From Gammaproteobacteria bacterium (lineage in GTDB: Bacteria > Pseudomonadota > Gammaproteobacteria > Xanthomonadales > SZUA-36), in contig JAJFLB010000034.1 of NCBI GenBank assembly GCA_021772915.1, forward strand, positions 52,631 to 116,630: DNA of 64,000 nucleotides, read 5' to 3'. The position numbers were made by a program, and so were the translations under genes. This document shows, one piece after another, positions 36,187 to 45,606 of the stretch (position 1 is its first letter; every line of letters begins with the position of its first letter). Under the pieces are notes generated by a model. That model saw only the letters and a list, made by a program, of their open reading frames with translations, searched no databases and was not told the origin of the DNA.

Positions 36187-36848
36187 ATTCTCGGGTCCGG
36201 ATGGCGCTGATTGCAGTTGTCATCGTCTATCCCATGCTGCGATTCGTTTTACCGTACTTCGACTCTGGTTCCTTGTTGGCCACCAGGGCGGACTGGTGGC
36301 GACTCTGGATCGGAATGTTGGTCGGCCACTGGCTCTGCTTCGCCTTGTGTGCGTACGCGATTAGGAGTGTACCTGGACGTTGGCAAGCGATAGGGCTCAA
36401 CTGGCATTGGTTCACAGAGCGCAAGTTCTACTTGCTAACGGGTCTCGCAGCTCTGACGATTGTGGCGTTCCTTACGCCTGAACTGTACTACGGCGACGCC
36501 GTTCCCGCAGTGATGCGAGCGCATCCATTGGGACCGGTGTCCCAAACCGAGAGGCTATTCTGGATTGTGATGGCAGTTAGTGCTGGAGTCGTGGAGGAGG
36601 TTTTGTACCGAGGATTCGCACTAACCCAGCTAAAACGGACATTTAATCTTCCCGTCGCGATAATCGTTTCTACAGCGGCCTTCGCGCTCATGCACGGACC
36701 CAGCGTGCTGGAGCCACGGTATTTGAGCCTCTACGTTCTGTCTTCCCTTGCCTTTATTGGGTTGTTTATTTGGTTTCGTTATCGTCACTTACAGTGGCTT
36801 ATCTTAATTCACGCGCTCGGCGACCTCTTATTGGTCATGGCTCCGTGA
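36171..36848 (+). CDS. CPBP (CAAX) family intramembrane metalloprotease
   Basis: EEVLYRGF, FALMHG, HALGD motifs and multiple TM helices. Its ATG at 36171 overlaps the tetR end. Confidence 0.75.
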   Translation: MDQRMNSRVRMALIAVVIVYPMLRFVLPYFDSGSLLATRADWWRLWIGMLVGHWLCFALCAYAIRSVPGRWQAIGLNWHWFTERKFYLLTGLAALTIVAFLTPELYYGDAVPAVMRAHPLGPVSQTERLFWIVMAVSAGVVEEVLYRGFALTQLKRTFNLPVAIIVSTAAFALMHGPSVLEPRYLSLYVLSSLAFIGLFIWFRYRHLQWLILIHALGDLLLVMAP

Positions 36849-37234
36849 GGGATTGTGTATCAGTGACTGACGGTCGGGGGTAGTCGATTTCCAGTTAAAA
36901 CAGAACGGTAGGTACCGGCCAGGCATACCGCTTTTCGATCAGTAACCGAACCCATCAGGTTCGAGTGAATGCAATGGTAAAATCATGCAGGAATATCAGT
37001 CTCCGCCCCCTGAACCATTTAAGATTTATCACAAATCGCACCGGTCGTCTCATCACCGATTGCCATCGGTTCATTTTGATCCAGATTCACTGTAAGTCCA
37101 AGTTCTTCCTCCAGACACCGGGTCGTTCCCGTCATTGCTCGCTGTGCCACTCTTTCTGACCTGACAACGATTACAAAGAGATTGCAGGTCACCCACTTCG
37201 ATACCTTAGTGGTGGCAGTGTATAGCAGCAATGA

Positions 37235-38176
37235 TCAAAGTGAAAAAATGTCCAGGAACTCCGGTAACAACGGTAGCAGGTCGACCCAGGCGTGGATGAT
37301 AATCAGGACCAGCATGTTCCGGGTTTTAGCCCAGATAACGCCAAACGCCAGGCCGGCCAGGGCGATGACGGCGATAGAATAGGCCAGTGTCACCAACATC
37401 CCAGGCTGATCACCCAGCATAGTGACGGTTCCCGCGCCCCGCAGGTAGATACCGGGTGCATGAGCTATCCCGAACACGGCCGCCATCATGACCAGACCGG
37501 AAATTTCAGACCCTGACCACACGGCAAGCCGCGATTGTACGATTCCCCTGAAGAAAAATTCTTCGACCAGACCCACTTCCAGGATTAGTAGGGGAAACAG
37601 CAAACCTGCCCCTAAAAGAATCGATGTGAGTGGGTATTGGCCGGAAAACAAAGGCTTAGCCCCTTGCCCCACGAGGTACTGGACAAGGAAGTAGATGAGC
37701 ATCATGGCGCCAATCAGTGCCAGGTATCGCGCCGCCAATACTGTTCGAAGTTTGCTGCTGAAACCGAAATCCTTCCACCCGTAGCCAAACATACGTGAAA
37801 ACAGCAGGTAGGGAATGATGACAAAAACCAGCAACTTTTTGCCGATATCTACAAAAAACCTGCTGCGGGGCGTGTCTTCGATTAAACCGAATACTATCTG
37901 GTCAAGTGCTTCGCTTCCCCACACCAGATAAGCCATTACGCCCAATACGCACAGGGTCATAAGTACGATTTCACCATGTTTGATTCCGCCTGGTATAAAC
38001 AATGGTGTGCACTTGCGGCAGAAAAAGTAAGCCACCGCAGGCAGAATGACGCCGAATATGGCCAACATGAATAGCGGTTCCGCCGGGCTGTATACGCCGT
38101 TGGTAACCAATAGCGCAACGGCCAGGATATAGAGGCCGAGGAACCCGAGAAAGAACGGGTTTTTGAACAATGTCAT
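37235..38176 (-). CDS. CPBP (CAAX) family intramembrane metalloprotease, second and divergent copy
   Basis: EEFFFRG, FGIAHAP, HAWVD motifs; 313 aa, polytopic. Confidence 0.75.
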   Translation of the reverse strand: MTLFKNPFFLGFLGLYILAVALLVTNGVYSPAEPLFMLAIFGVILPAVAYFFCRKCTPLFIPGGIKHGEIVLMTLCVLGVMAYLVWGSEALDQIVFGLIEDTPRSRFFVDIGKKLLVFVIIPYLLFSRMFGYGWKDFGFSSKLRTVLAARYLALIGAMMLIYFLVQYLVGQGAKPLFSGQYPLTSILLGAGLLFPLLILEVGLVEEFFFRGIVQSRLAVWSGSEISGLVMMAAVFGIAHAPGIYLRGAGTVTMLGDQPGMLVTLAYSIAVIALAGLAFGVIWAKTRNMLVLIIIHAWVDLLPLLPEFLDIFSL

Positions 38177-38454
38177 ATCGCCACCTGAGATGAGAAGAAG
38201 TGTGACTGCCGATTACTACATCAAATGCTGTCGAAAAGCATAATAGTCATCGGCACCGCGGCACAAATCCTGAAAGTCATGGAACGCGAGATTTTTTATG
38301 ATTATGGAATAACAGCGACCATCCTTAACGGCCCACCACTTCCACCTTCAATCTTCATTGGTAATGCGATGACAATGGCGCCTGTGACTGGAAGTTGTTC
38401 AAATTTGGCGACGTTTTCAAACGCCGGAATATTGGCGCCGACAAAGTTTTGATG

Positions 38455-38590
38455 CGCTTCAAACAACCCCGCCAAGTGCTCCTGGTGGATGAACTACCGC
38501 GAAACACATTGGGTAAGGTACAGAAAAATATCCTGCGGGAACGATTTAGCGGAAAATAACTCTAATTTCTTACATTTGTTGCTGCAAAAT
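38455..38590. repeat. Imperfect direct repeat, copy 2 (orphan matB-like 3' end)
   Basis: See 30879..31010. Homology starts abruptly at about 38455, immediately next to an unrelated minus-strand gene fragment (38305..38470, ...VTGAIVIALPMKIEGGSGGPLRMVAVIP-stop). Confidence 0.8.
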
Positions 38591-38729
38591 CAGCCCGGTC
38601 TGCCCTCCTCGTCAGATCAAAAAATCGTCACTTCGGGGCAGGTTGAATAACTATTCAGGGTACATTAAGCCGCATCATTTATACTTGGCAAATGGTTGTA
38701 CTAAGAAGCTGGTTAACGGTTACGATCAT

Positions 38730-41540
38730 ATGGAGCGTACAACAGTGAATATACGCACCCTGGCAATTGCCACGCTCTTGGCAGTAGCACCATTGAAAGT
38801 GCTGGCGCTCAACTGTCTGTTTGATGAAAAGGAAATCACCTACTACCTGGGCGTTGATCCGATTGCGGATCGGTTACCAGGGGGTGAGACTTTTCTCGAC
38901 CTTCCCGGACTGGAAGCAGGTGCAGTCAACGGTCCCGCCACACCCCAGTGGCTGGATACGTTCTACCTACTGGAAACTGCCACTGGAGTGATCGTGCATG
39001 AGGTCATCACGATCAACTACGCTACAGCTACCTTTGACCAGACACCCTTCACAGACCCACTCCTGCAACGCCACACACGAGATAAGGAGCTCACCATCAA
39101 CCAGGATGGCATCACCCTCATCATGTGTGTTGATCAGAATGCCAAAGGCGGTATCACCAACAATATCTACTTTGATAACCAGGACAACCTTGTAGGTTTT
39201 TTTACCAACCCGTGGCATGACCTTGGGGGCTATGCCATGGGTACTTCCAACGAAACGGTCACCATAGCGCTAGCAAGAGAATTTAACGCCAGCGGTGGCG
39301 ACGCCGCAGCCTTCCTGCGGCTTGCGCAACACTACACCGGTGTCACGGTAAGCACTAACAAGTTTTCAGAAGATGCGATCACGCTGTTCCAGACGGGGGT
39401 GGCCAAATCAGACACCAGGGAACGCGCCCAAATCAGTAACGAAGATGGTGCATTTGCGGATGGAATGAAGGTCTACCGGACCAAGACGGGGGCCACTGCA
39501 AGGCTTGCACCCTCGGTTTCAGAAGTTCTTGACCAGGCAGGTAATCCGGCGGCCACCAACAGAATTTTACAGCTGGATAATCATCTCGATGAAACGCTTA
39601 ATTTTCACACCATTGACGGCATAAAAAACGTCTTCATTACCGACGGAATCGGCGAGCCAAATTCAAGCCTGACGGCTTGTGTTAACGGCAGCACAACCCT
39701 CACTTCAACGGCGGCAAACAACTTTGGGAGCGGTCGTACAGCCGACCATGTATTTGATCTGTATCTGGAAGGAGCCAAACTCCAATCCTGGACGGCAACC
39801 AACATCAGCACCAACCTCGACTGCGACAAAACGTACACGCTCAAGAGTTACAAACGAAGCCCCCAGCGAAATACGATTCCGGGATGGACGGGCTTATTTG
39901 GTCCGGATCAACTTATGATCACTTCTCTGAGTGCTACTCCGTCTGAAATCGAACAAGGCGGGGCTGTAACAGTGAGTTGGAGTACAACGGGAGCGCAGTT
40001 GTGTACAGCGTCAAGCGGCTTCGATGGCTGGGCCGGCAGTACCATCAGCCTGCCGTCGGGCAACAAGATTTTAACCGGAACTGACAGCGGTACTTTTACA
40101 TTCAGTTTGGTTTGTTTTGACAACTCTAACAACGAATTTGCAAGAGCGATCGATGTAACGGTCAGTGCCACAGCTTCGGGTGCGCTGGCGATCGACTCAT
40201 TCACTGCATCGGCGGCACAAATTGTTCAAGGTGGGTTGGTAAGCTTGAGTTGGAGCACGAGTAACGCGGACTCATGTGCAGCATCCGGTGGCTTCGGTGG
40301 TTGGGATGGCAGTACAGTGAGCCTGCCATCAGGTAGCAAGTCCCTGTTTGGCTCATTCACTGGCACTTTCACATTTTTGTTAAGTTGCCAGGCAGGCTTT
40401 ATTGATACTGTTGAAAAATCGCTTGACGTGACGGTTTCTACAACTCCACCACCATCGGGAAATGCGGCTGTGATCAATACATTTGATACGACAGCTACAC
40501 AGATTGCTCAAGGCGGTAGTGCGACATTGAGTTGGAGTACAACGAATGCGGTGTCATGTGACGCCAGCGGTGGATTCGGTGGCTGGGGGGGTAGTTCAAT
40601 AGACCTGCCATCGGGCGCTAAGACCATAACAGGCAGTTTTCCGATCGCGGAAACGTTTTTCTTGAGTTGTCAGGGTGATGTGGGCACCAGCCCCGATGTG
40701 AAGTCGCTAAGCATAGCCGTTGGCGGCGCTACTCCACCAGATCCAGACCCGGATCCGCCAGGCAATGGCGAACTTGCGATTACGTCGTTCACCCCCTCTG
40801 AGGCAACGGTTCTACCGAACCAGGCGTTTGCACTGAGTTGGACAACGACCAATGCAATATCGTGTAAGGGGCTGGACGGTGCCGGTGGTTGGGCGACCGC
40901 TCTCCCTGTATCTGGTGAAATGGGTATCATAATCTCCACACCCGACACCTATACCTTTACCTTACGATGCGAAAATGCCGATGGCTTTGTAGCCGCGACC
41001 GTCGACGTGATCGTTATCAACACGGCAACGTCACAAGTTTGTGAGCCATCAACAAGCCTGGCCCTTACCGCCGTTCCATTTGGTTGGAGTGACTGGTGGG
41101 CCACGAAGAACTTAACCGGTGTACCCGAGGTATTTCCTGCGCCATTGAACGAAAAGATCGCACGTCTGGATGTCGGACAATGCGGTTACAACTACGTCAG
41201 TTTCAATACGGCCAACGCACATGGTAGTGGTGCTATTTTGTTGATACCGACCACAAGTTCGGATGGACTTCGTCTGGGCTCCATTAGTGCTGAGCCGGGT
41301 GATTTTGGGGTCGCGGCTGAATGCAGGCAATTTTGGGGGCTTGGTTCCCAGCTCTCATACTCCACTTCCGGTTTGGCAGGCGTCTGTCAATTGGCGAAAA
41401 ACACTGACTATTACCTGAATTTTACATTTACCAATGGGACGGATGCCTCAACATCAGACTGCACCTCACCCGTCACCCGGGGGGATGGAAGTCTCCTGTG
41501 CGAAGTTGAGGTTCAGGCAAAATTCATACCAAACCTATAG
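38730..41540 (+). CDS. Large secreted protein: unknown N-domain + four tandem Cys-pair Ig-like repeats + Cys-rich C-domain
   Basis: Signal peptide MERTTVNIRTLAIATLLAVAPLKVLA from the ATG at 38730 (track ORF starts at 38643). Four roughly 85-aa repeats carry the pattern SWST.NA.SC.ASGGFGGW.GS...LPSG.K...G.....F.L.C. Confidence 0.7.
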   Translation: MERTTVNIRTLAIATLLAVAPLKVLALNCLFDEKEITYYLGVDPIADRLPGGETFLDLPGLEAGAVNGPATPQWLDTFYLLETATGVIVHEVITINYATATFDQTPFTDPLLQRHTRDKELTINQDGITLIMCVDQNAKGGITNNIYFDNQDNLVGFFTNPWHDLGGYAMGTSNETVTIALAREFNASGGDAAAFLRLAQHYTGVTVSTNKFSEDAITLFQTGVAKSDTRERAQISNEDGAFADGMKVYRTKTGATARLAPSVSEVLDQAGNPAATNRILQLDNHLDETLNFHTIDGIKNVFITDGIGEPNSSLTACVNGSTTLTSTAANNFGSGRTADHVFDLYLEGAKLQSWTATNISTNLDCDKTYTLKSYKRSPQRNTIPGWTGLFGPDQLMITSLSATPSEIEQGGAVTVSWSTTGAQLCTASSGFDGWAGSTISLPSGNKILTGTDSGTFTFSLVCFDNSNNEFARAIDVTVSATASGALAIDSFTASAAQIVQGGLVSLSWSTSNADSCAASGGFGGWDGSTVSLPSGSKSLFGSFTGTFTFLLSCQAGFIDTVEKSLDVTVSTTPPPSGNAAVINTFDTTATQIAQGGSATLSWSTTNAVSCDASGGFGGWGGSSIDLPSGAKTITGSFPIAETFFLSCQGDVGTSPDVKSLSIAVGGATPPDPDPDPPGNGELAITSFTPSEATVLPNQAFALSWTTTNAISCKGLDGAGGWATALPVSGEMGIIISTPDTYTFTLRCENADGFVAATVDVIVINTATSQVCEPSTSLALTAVPFGWSDWWATKNLTGVPEVFPAPLNEKIARLDVGQCGYNYVSFNTANAHGSGAILLIPTTSSDGLRLGSISAEPGDFGVAAECRQFWGLGSQLSYSTSGLAGVCQLAKNTDYYLNFTFTNGTDASTSDCTSPVTRGDGSLLCEVEVQAKFIPNL
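39912..41018 (+). repeat. Four tandem in-frame domain repeats (about 255-280 bp period) inside the 38730..41540 CDS
   Basis: Units at about 39912-40166, 40185-40439, 40464-40721 and 40770-41018. The linker before unit 4 is PPDPDPDPPG. Confidence 0.8.
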
Positions 41541-41705
41541 AACTTTAGCAGACTGGATCAAACCTCCACGCCAGTGAGTTTGGCGAATAGCGGAAAATCA
41601 GGTTACCAACACCTTCATTCGCCCCGGCTTCGTTTACTGTCGATCCCGACATAGTGTCGAACCTGATTGCTTCGCGATTGGGATTTTCAACCTTTTTTGC
41701 AGCAA

Positions 41706-41736
41706 CCAAACAAAAAGCCGCCCTGAGGCGGCTTCT
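41706..41736 (-). terminator. Rho-independent terminator downstream of tRNA-Gln (partly bidirectional)
   Basis: aagccgcc-ctga-ggcggctt hairpin. The minus strand then reads TTTTTGTTTGG. Confidence 0.75.
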
Positions 41737-41739
41737 ATT

Positions 41740-41813
41740 TGGCTGGGGGAGAGGGATTCGAACCCCCACTGGCGGAGTCAGAGTCCGCAGTCCTACCATT
41801 AGACGATCCCCCA
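41740..41813 (-). tRNA. tRNA-Gln (anticodon CUG)
   Basis: The reverse complement folds manually: acceptor TGGGGGA/TCCCCCA, D-stem GTCT/GGAC, anticodon stem GCGGA/TCCGC with loop CTCTGAC, T-arm GGGGG-TTCGAAT-CCCTC, discriminator G, encoded CCA; 74 nt. Confidence 0.9.
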
Positions 41814-41827
41814 GTAGGGATCGAATC

Positions 41828-42220
41828 TTAACGTTTGGAGTACTGGGTCGCTTTACGTGCCTTGTGCAGGCCAACTTTCTTGCGTTCCACCTCGCGTGCA
41901 TCGCGGGTTACGAAACCGGCTTTGCGTAACGGACCACGCAGTTCACCGTCGTACTCCATCAACGCCCGGGTCAAACCCAGACGTATGGCACCGGCCTGGC
42001 CGGAAATACCGCCACCTTCAACGGAAGCGCGAATATCAAACTGCTCGGTCATTTCAACCGTTTCAAGTGGTTGGCGCACAACCATAACCGCAGTCTCGCG
42101 CCCGAAGAATTCATCAATGGGGCGATTATTGACCGTGATATCACCTTTACCCTTGCTCAGGTAAACGCGTGCCTTGGAAGACTTGCGCCGTCCGGTACCA
42201 TAATATTGCTGTGTTGCCAT
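41828..42220 (-). CDS. rpsI: 30S ribosomal protein S9
   Basis: 130 aa; [10 protein letters not shown]...[19 protein letters not shown]...[18 protein letters not shown]. Confidence 0.95.
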   Translation of the reverse strand: MATQQYYGTGRRKSSKARVYLSKGKGDITVNNRPIDEFFGRETAVMVVRQPLETVEMTEQFDIRASVEGGGISGQAGAIRLGLTRALMEYDGELRGPLRKAGFVTRDAREVERKKVGLHKARKATQYSKR

Positions 42221-42248
42221 TTATCTCGTATCCGTATTTTGTGCCGGT

Positions 42249-42677
42249 TTACAGCTCAAGCTGGGTCGGCTGTTGGGCTTCATGCGGGTGCTCCGGTCCT
42301 ACATACACATGCAGTTTTCGGAACATGGCGCGACCCAGAGGGTTTTTCGGCAACATGCCTTTAACTGCATTCTGGATGGCACGTTCAGGGTGCTTGTCCA
42401 GCAGTTTGCCTAAGCTGATTGATTTCAGGTTGCCAATGTAGCCCGTGTGGCGGTGGTACATTTTATTCGCCAGCTTGTTGCCGGTTACCTTGATCTTCTC
42501 AGCGTTGACCACGACCATGTGGTCACCGGTATCCATGTTTGGGGTGAATTCAGGTTTATGTTTACCACGCAGACGGCGCGCCAACTCGGTGGCCAGCCTT
42601 CCAAGTGTTTTATCGGTCGCATCAACAACGCACCACTCGCGTTTTATTGTCTGCGGAGTTGCAACAAAGGTCTTCAT
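42249..42677 (-). CDS. rplM: 50S ribosomal protein L13
   Basis: [46 protein letters not shown]; 142 aa from the ATG at 42677. Confidence 0.95.
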   Translation of the reverse strand: MKTFVATPQTIKREWCVVDATDKTLGRLATELARRLRGKHKPEFTPNMDTGDHMVVVNAEKIKVTGNKLANKMYHRHTGYIGNLKSISLGKLLDKHPERAIQNAVKGMLPKNPLGRAMFRKLHVYVGPEHPHEAQQPTQLEL

Positions 42678-42750
42678 TTCTACGATTCTCTGCAAATAAC
42701 CCGTATCACCGGGTGAAGGGCGGGAATTTTACTGGCTTAGGGCCTCGGTT

Positions 42751-43083
42751 TCAACCATTGATGGGCTTAATTCTCAGACGCTCAACCACCTTACCGTTGA
42801 TAATGTGGCTGTCAATGATTTCATCCACATCCTCTTCATCAATATAGGTGTACCAAACACCTTCCGGATAGACAACACAAACCGGCCCTTGCTCACAACG
42901 GTCAAGGCATCCGGAAGTATTCACCCGTGCCTTTCCCTGCCCGGATAATCCCAATGCCTTGACCCGGCTTTTTGCATACTCGCGTAATACAACAGAGCCA
43001 CATTGGTTGCACGATGGACGTGGTGCATCAGAGCCGCGGTCATTGGTACAGAAAAACAAGTGCTGTTGATAGTATTGGGACAT
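42751..43083 (-). CDS. Thioredoxin-like [2Fe-2S] ferredoxin
   Basis: HLFFCTNDR...C..CG...GCLDRCEQGPVCVVYPEGVWY pattern; 110 aa from MSQYYQQ. Confidence 0.75.
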   Translation of the reverse strand: MSQYYQQHLFFCTNDRGSDAPRPSCNQCGSVVLREYAKSRVKALGLSGQGKARVNTSGCLDRCEQGPVCVVYPEGVWYTYIDEEDVDEIIDSHIINGKVVERLRIKPING

Positions 43084-43184
43084 GGGTACCTCAGCCAGAA
43101 CCAGCCGCAAAGAGAAAACGACCTTGACGGAACTAAAGTATACAATGGCAAACTACAGGCTATCCAACCAAACAGGGCCCAGAA

Positions 43185-43829
43185 ATGACAATACGCAGCT
43201 ATACCCCACTCGACCGTCTGATTATCGGCATTGACAATGCTCTGCGCGTGGCAACGGATCAATCCAGGTTGCCGCAAAGAGAGAGTCCTGCAACTTCGAT
43301 ACCCGAAGTGGTTATGGATGAGGATCGGCAACGGCACGCCGCCGGACTGATGCGGGTCAACCACGCCGGCGAGGTTTGTGCTCAGGCACTCTACGCCGGA
43401 CAGGCGGTAACGGCGCGCAACCCGGATGTGCAGGCGGATATGCAAAAGGCGGCCAGTGAAGAAATTGACCACCTGAGCTGGTGCAAGGAACGTCTGGATG
43501 AATTGGAAAGCAAACCCAGCCTGCTGGATCCATTATGGTATGCAGGGTCTTTTGCAATCGGTGCGGCAGCAGGCCTCGCAGGTGACGGCTGGAGCCTGGG
43601 CTTTCTGAAGGAAACCGAAAACCAGGTCGAAGCACACCTTGAAGGCCACCTTGAACGCTTACCACCCGAGGACGCACGCAGTCGGGCCATTTTGGACCAG
43701 ATGAAAATTGACGAGGCCAAACACGCACAAATGGCGGAGGATTCGGGCGCCTTTGATCTGCCAAAACCGGTACGCGAACTGATGAAGTTGACGGCGGGGG
43801 TAATGAAGGCGGTGGCCTACAGAATCTGA
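43185..43829 (+). CDS. coq7: Demethoxyubiquinone hydroxylase Coq7
   Basis: RVNHAGEVCAQALYAGQ, EEIDHLSWC and ETENQVEAHL di-iron motifs; 214 aa. Confidence 0.9.
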   Translation: MTIRSYTPLDRLIIGIDNALRVATDQSRLPQRESPATSIPEVVMDEDRQRHAAGLMRVNHAGEVCAQALYAGQAVTARNPDVQADMQKAASEEIDHLSWCKERLDELESKPSLLDPLWYAGSFAIGAAAGLAGDGWSLGFLKETENQVEAHLEGHLERLPPEDARSRAILDQMKIDEAKHAQMAEDSGAFDLPKPVRELMKLTAGVMKAVAYRI

Positions 43830-43867
43830 ACTGTGGGGCTCACGGCGTTACAAGGCTGGTCACCTGG

Positions 43868-44064
43868 TGGACCGACGACCGTGTCGTCGGGAATAATTCT
43901 CCCGAAAGAGCACCCGCCTGATCCATGCAGGTATTTTGTGCCGGTCTTGCAGATTCCCGACGAGCAAGCTCGTCGGTCCTACAGGCCCACCGTCCTTTGT
44001 AGGAGTGACGACACACGTCGTCGCGAACATTCCAGATCCCGACAAGCAAGCTCGTCGGTCCTAC
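43868..44064. repeat. Cluster of four REP-like palindromic units in alternating orientation (BIME-like)
   Basis: ggaccgacgaccgtgtcgtcgggaa (43868-43893), ttcccgacgagcaagctcgtcggtcctac (43955-43983), gtaggagtgacgacacacgtcgtcgcgaa (about 43999-44027), atcccgacaagcaagctcgtcggtcctac (44036-44064). Confidence 0.75.
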
Positions 44065-44813
44065 GGTTTCTTTGTTTGCTGCCGTAATGCTTTGAGGGTT
44101 AGGCCTTCAGGTACTTCCTTGGAGGTTTTCTCGGCTGGCGACAACCACTGGATATTCCAGCCTTGTAGACTGGTCAATTCAGCCACTGGAAATTCCCGCG
44201 CACGAAAATCCAGTTCTCCGGAAAACTGCATTCGGTCCCTGGCCCCGGGGTCTCCCGGTACTGGATTGGTGAAATGAAAGCCAAGCTCAAAACGGTAGCG
44301 CCCCGCAGCGGCCTTCCATCCGCTTCCGCTGACACCCCAGGGGGCGGCGAAGTTGCCGCTGGTCAAACCATTGTCGACGGTAAAACCCAGCTTCGCCTCA
44401 CCGGAATCCCACTGTTGTTTGTCGGTGACCGCAGCCGGCCCTCGTGGTTGGCTGCGATTGAGCAAGGCCAGTGCCAGCTGCAGCATCAGGGTTGGAGCCT
44501 GTACCAATGATACGAGGTCGGGGCCCTGCTGCTTGAAGCCACGGGCCAGCAATACCTTTCCGTCCACGATTAGCAAATCACCATTGAGCACGCTATCAGG
44601 CGCAACCTGCTCCACCTCCAGCAGCAAGTCACCGCAGGGGCAGCGATGGTAAATCCAGCCACCGTGAAAGCCGGTGCCCGGAAAGTCCACGTCCAGCTTC
44701 GTCACGACAGCATCCCGCCACAACGTGCCCCTTTCAACCTGTGCTGCGGCCTGCTGGACGCTTGCCACCAACGATGTGCAGACCACAAAAATCAAAGTGC
44801 GTGACTTGTGCAT
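44061..44813 (-). CDS. Secreted hypothetical protein, distal gene of the trpGDC transcription unit
   Basis: Signal peptide MHKSRTLIFVVCTSLVASVQQAAAQ from the ATG at 44813, 2 nt from the trpC stop. No family recognised. Confidence 0.5.
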   Translation of the reverse strand: MHKSRTLIFVVCTSLVASVQQAAAQVERGTLWRDAVVTKLDVDFPGTGFHGGWIYHRCPCGDLLLEVEQVAPDSVLNGDLLIVDGKVLLARGFKQQGPDLVSLVQAPTLMLQLALALLNRSQPRGPAAVTDKQQWDSGEAKLGFTVDNGLTSGNFAAPWGVSGSGWKAAAGRYRFELGFHFTNPVPGDPGARDRMQFSGELDFRAREFPVAELTSLQGWNIQWLSPAEKTSKEVPEGLTLKALRQQTKKP

Positions 44814-44814
44814 A

Positions 44815-45606
44815 TCAAAAAAACAGTTCCCGCAGTGCACTTCCGGGGTCCACCGCACGCATCAAGGCTTCCCCCACGAGAAAGGTGTTGATACCACACA
44901 CCTGCATGCGCTTGACGTCGGCCGTCGTCCTGATACCGCTTTCGGTAACCAGCAAGTAGCCCTCAGGGAGCATCGGCTGCAGCCGTTCGCTGGTCTCCAA
45001 CGATGTCTCAAATGTATTCAGATCCCGATTATTAACCCCGATCACGGCATCTTCGAGCCCTAACGCCCGCTCCATTTCTGCCTCATCGTGCACTTCCACC
45101 AGTACATCCATGTTGGATTTCATTGCCAGGTCAAACAAGCCCTGGAGACTGTCCTGGTCAAGCGCAGCAACGATCAACAATATGCAGTCAGCACCCAGTA
45201 CGCGGGATTCATGGATTTGCCACGGGTCGATAATGAAGTCCTTGCGTAACACCGGTAGCTCACAGGCATTACGGGCCTGCTGCAGATATTCCCCTGACCC
45301 CTGAAAAAAATCCCTGTCGGTCAGCACTGAAAGACAGGCCGCGCCCGCTGATGCGTAGGACCGGGCAATCGCATCCGGCTGGAAATTCTCCCGGATTACA
45401 CCGGCGCTCGGTGAGGCTTTTTTTATTTCCGCAATCACCGCAGGACCCTGTTGCGCAGTCAGTTTGAGTGCCTGCGCAAACCCGCGTGGCGCGGGGCAGG
45501 CCTGCGCCCGGGCCTGCAATTCAGCCATCGGTGATATTGCCTTGCCCGCCAGGACCTCCGCTGACTTGCGTTGCACTATTTGTTGCAGGATTGACGGAAT
45601 AGCCAT
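44815..45606 (-). CDS. trpC: Indole-3-glycerol-phosphate synthase
   Basis: IAEIKKASPSAG, LRKDFIIDPWQI, GVNNRDL motifs; 263 aa. Confidence 0.95.
   Translation of the reverse strand: MAIPSILQQIVQRKSAEVLAGKAISPMAELQARAQACPAPRGFAQALKLTAQQGPAVIAEIKKASPSAGVIRENFQPDAIARSYASAGAACLSVLTDRDFFQGSGEYLQQARNACELPVLRKDFIIDPWQIHESRVLGADCILLIVAALDQDSLQGLFDLAMKSNMDVLVEVHDEAEMERALGLEDAVIGVNNRDLNTFETSLETSERLQPMLPEGYLLVTESGIRTTADVKRMQVCGINTFLVGEALMRAVDPGSALRELFF

Noticed and set aside
39912-41018. Tandem repeats as a CRISPR array or non-coding satellite
   Set aside because: The units are about 255-280 bp, in frame, and diverged mostly at the protein level with conserved Cys/Trp/Gly positions. They are protein domain repeats.
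41545-41929. ORFs 41545..41901 (minus) and 41654..41929 (plus) spanning the tRNA-Gln region
   Set aside because: They read through a well-folding tRNA, its terminator and the rpsI 3' end, so they are not coding.
42921-43764. 183-aa and 135-aa minus-strand ORFs overlapping the ferredoxin gene, the intergenic region and coq7
   Set aside because: They overlap two confidently called genes and a promoter region and have no family resemblance.
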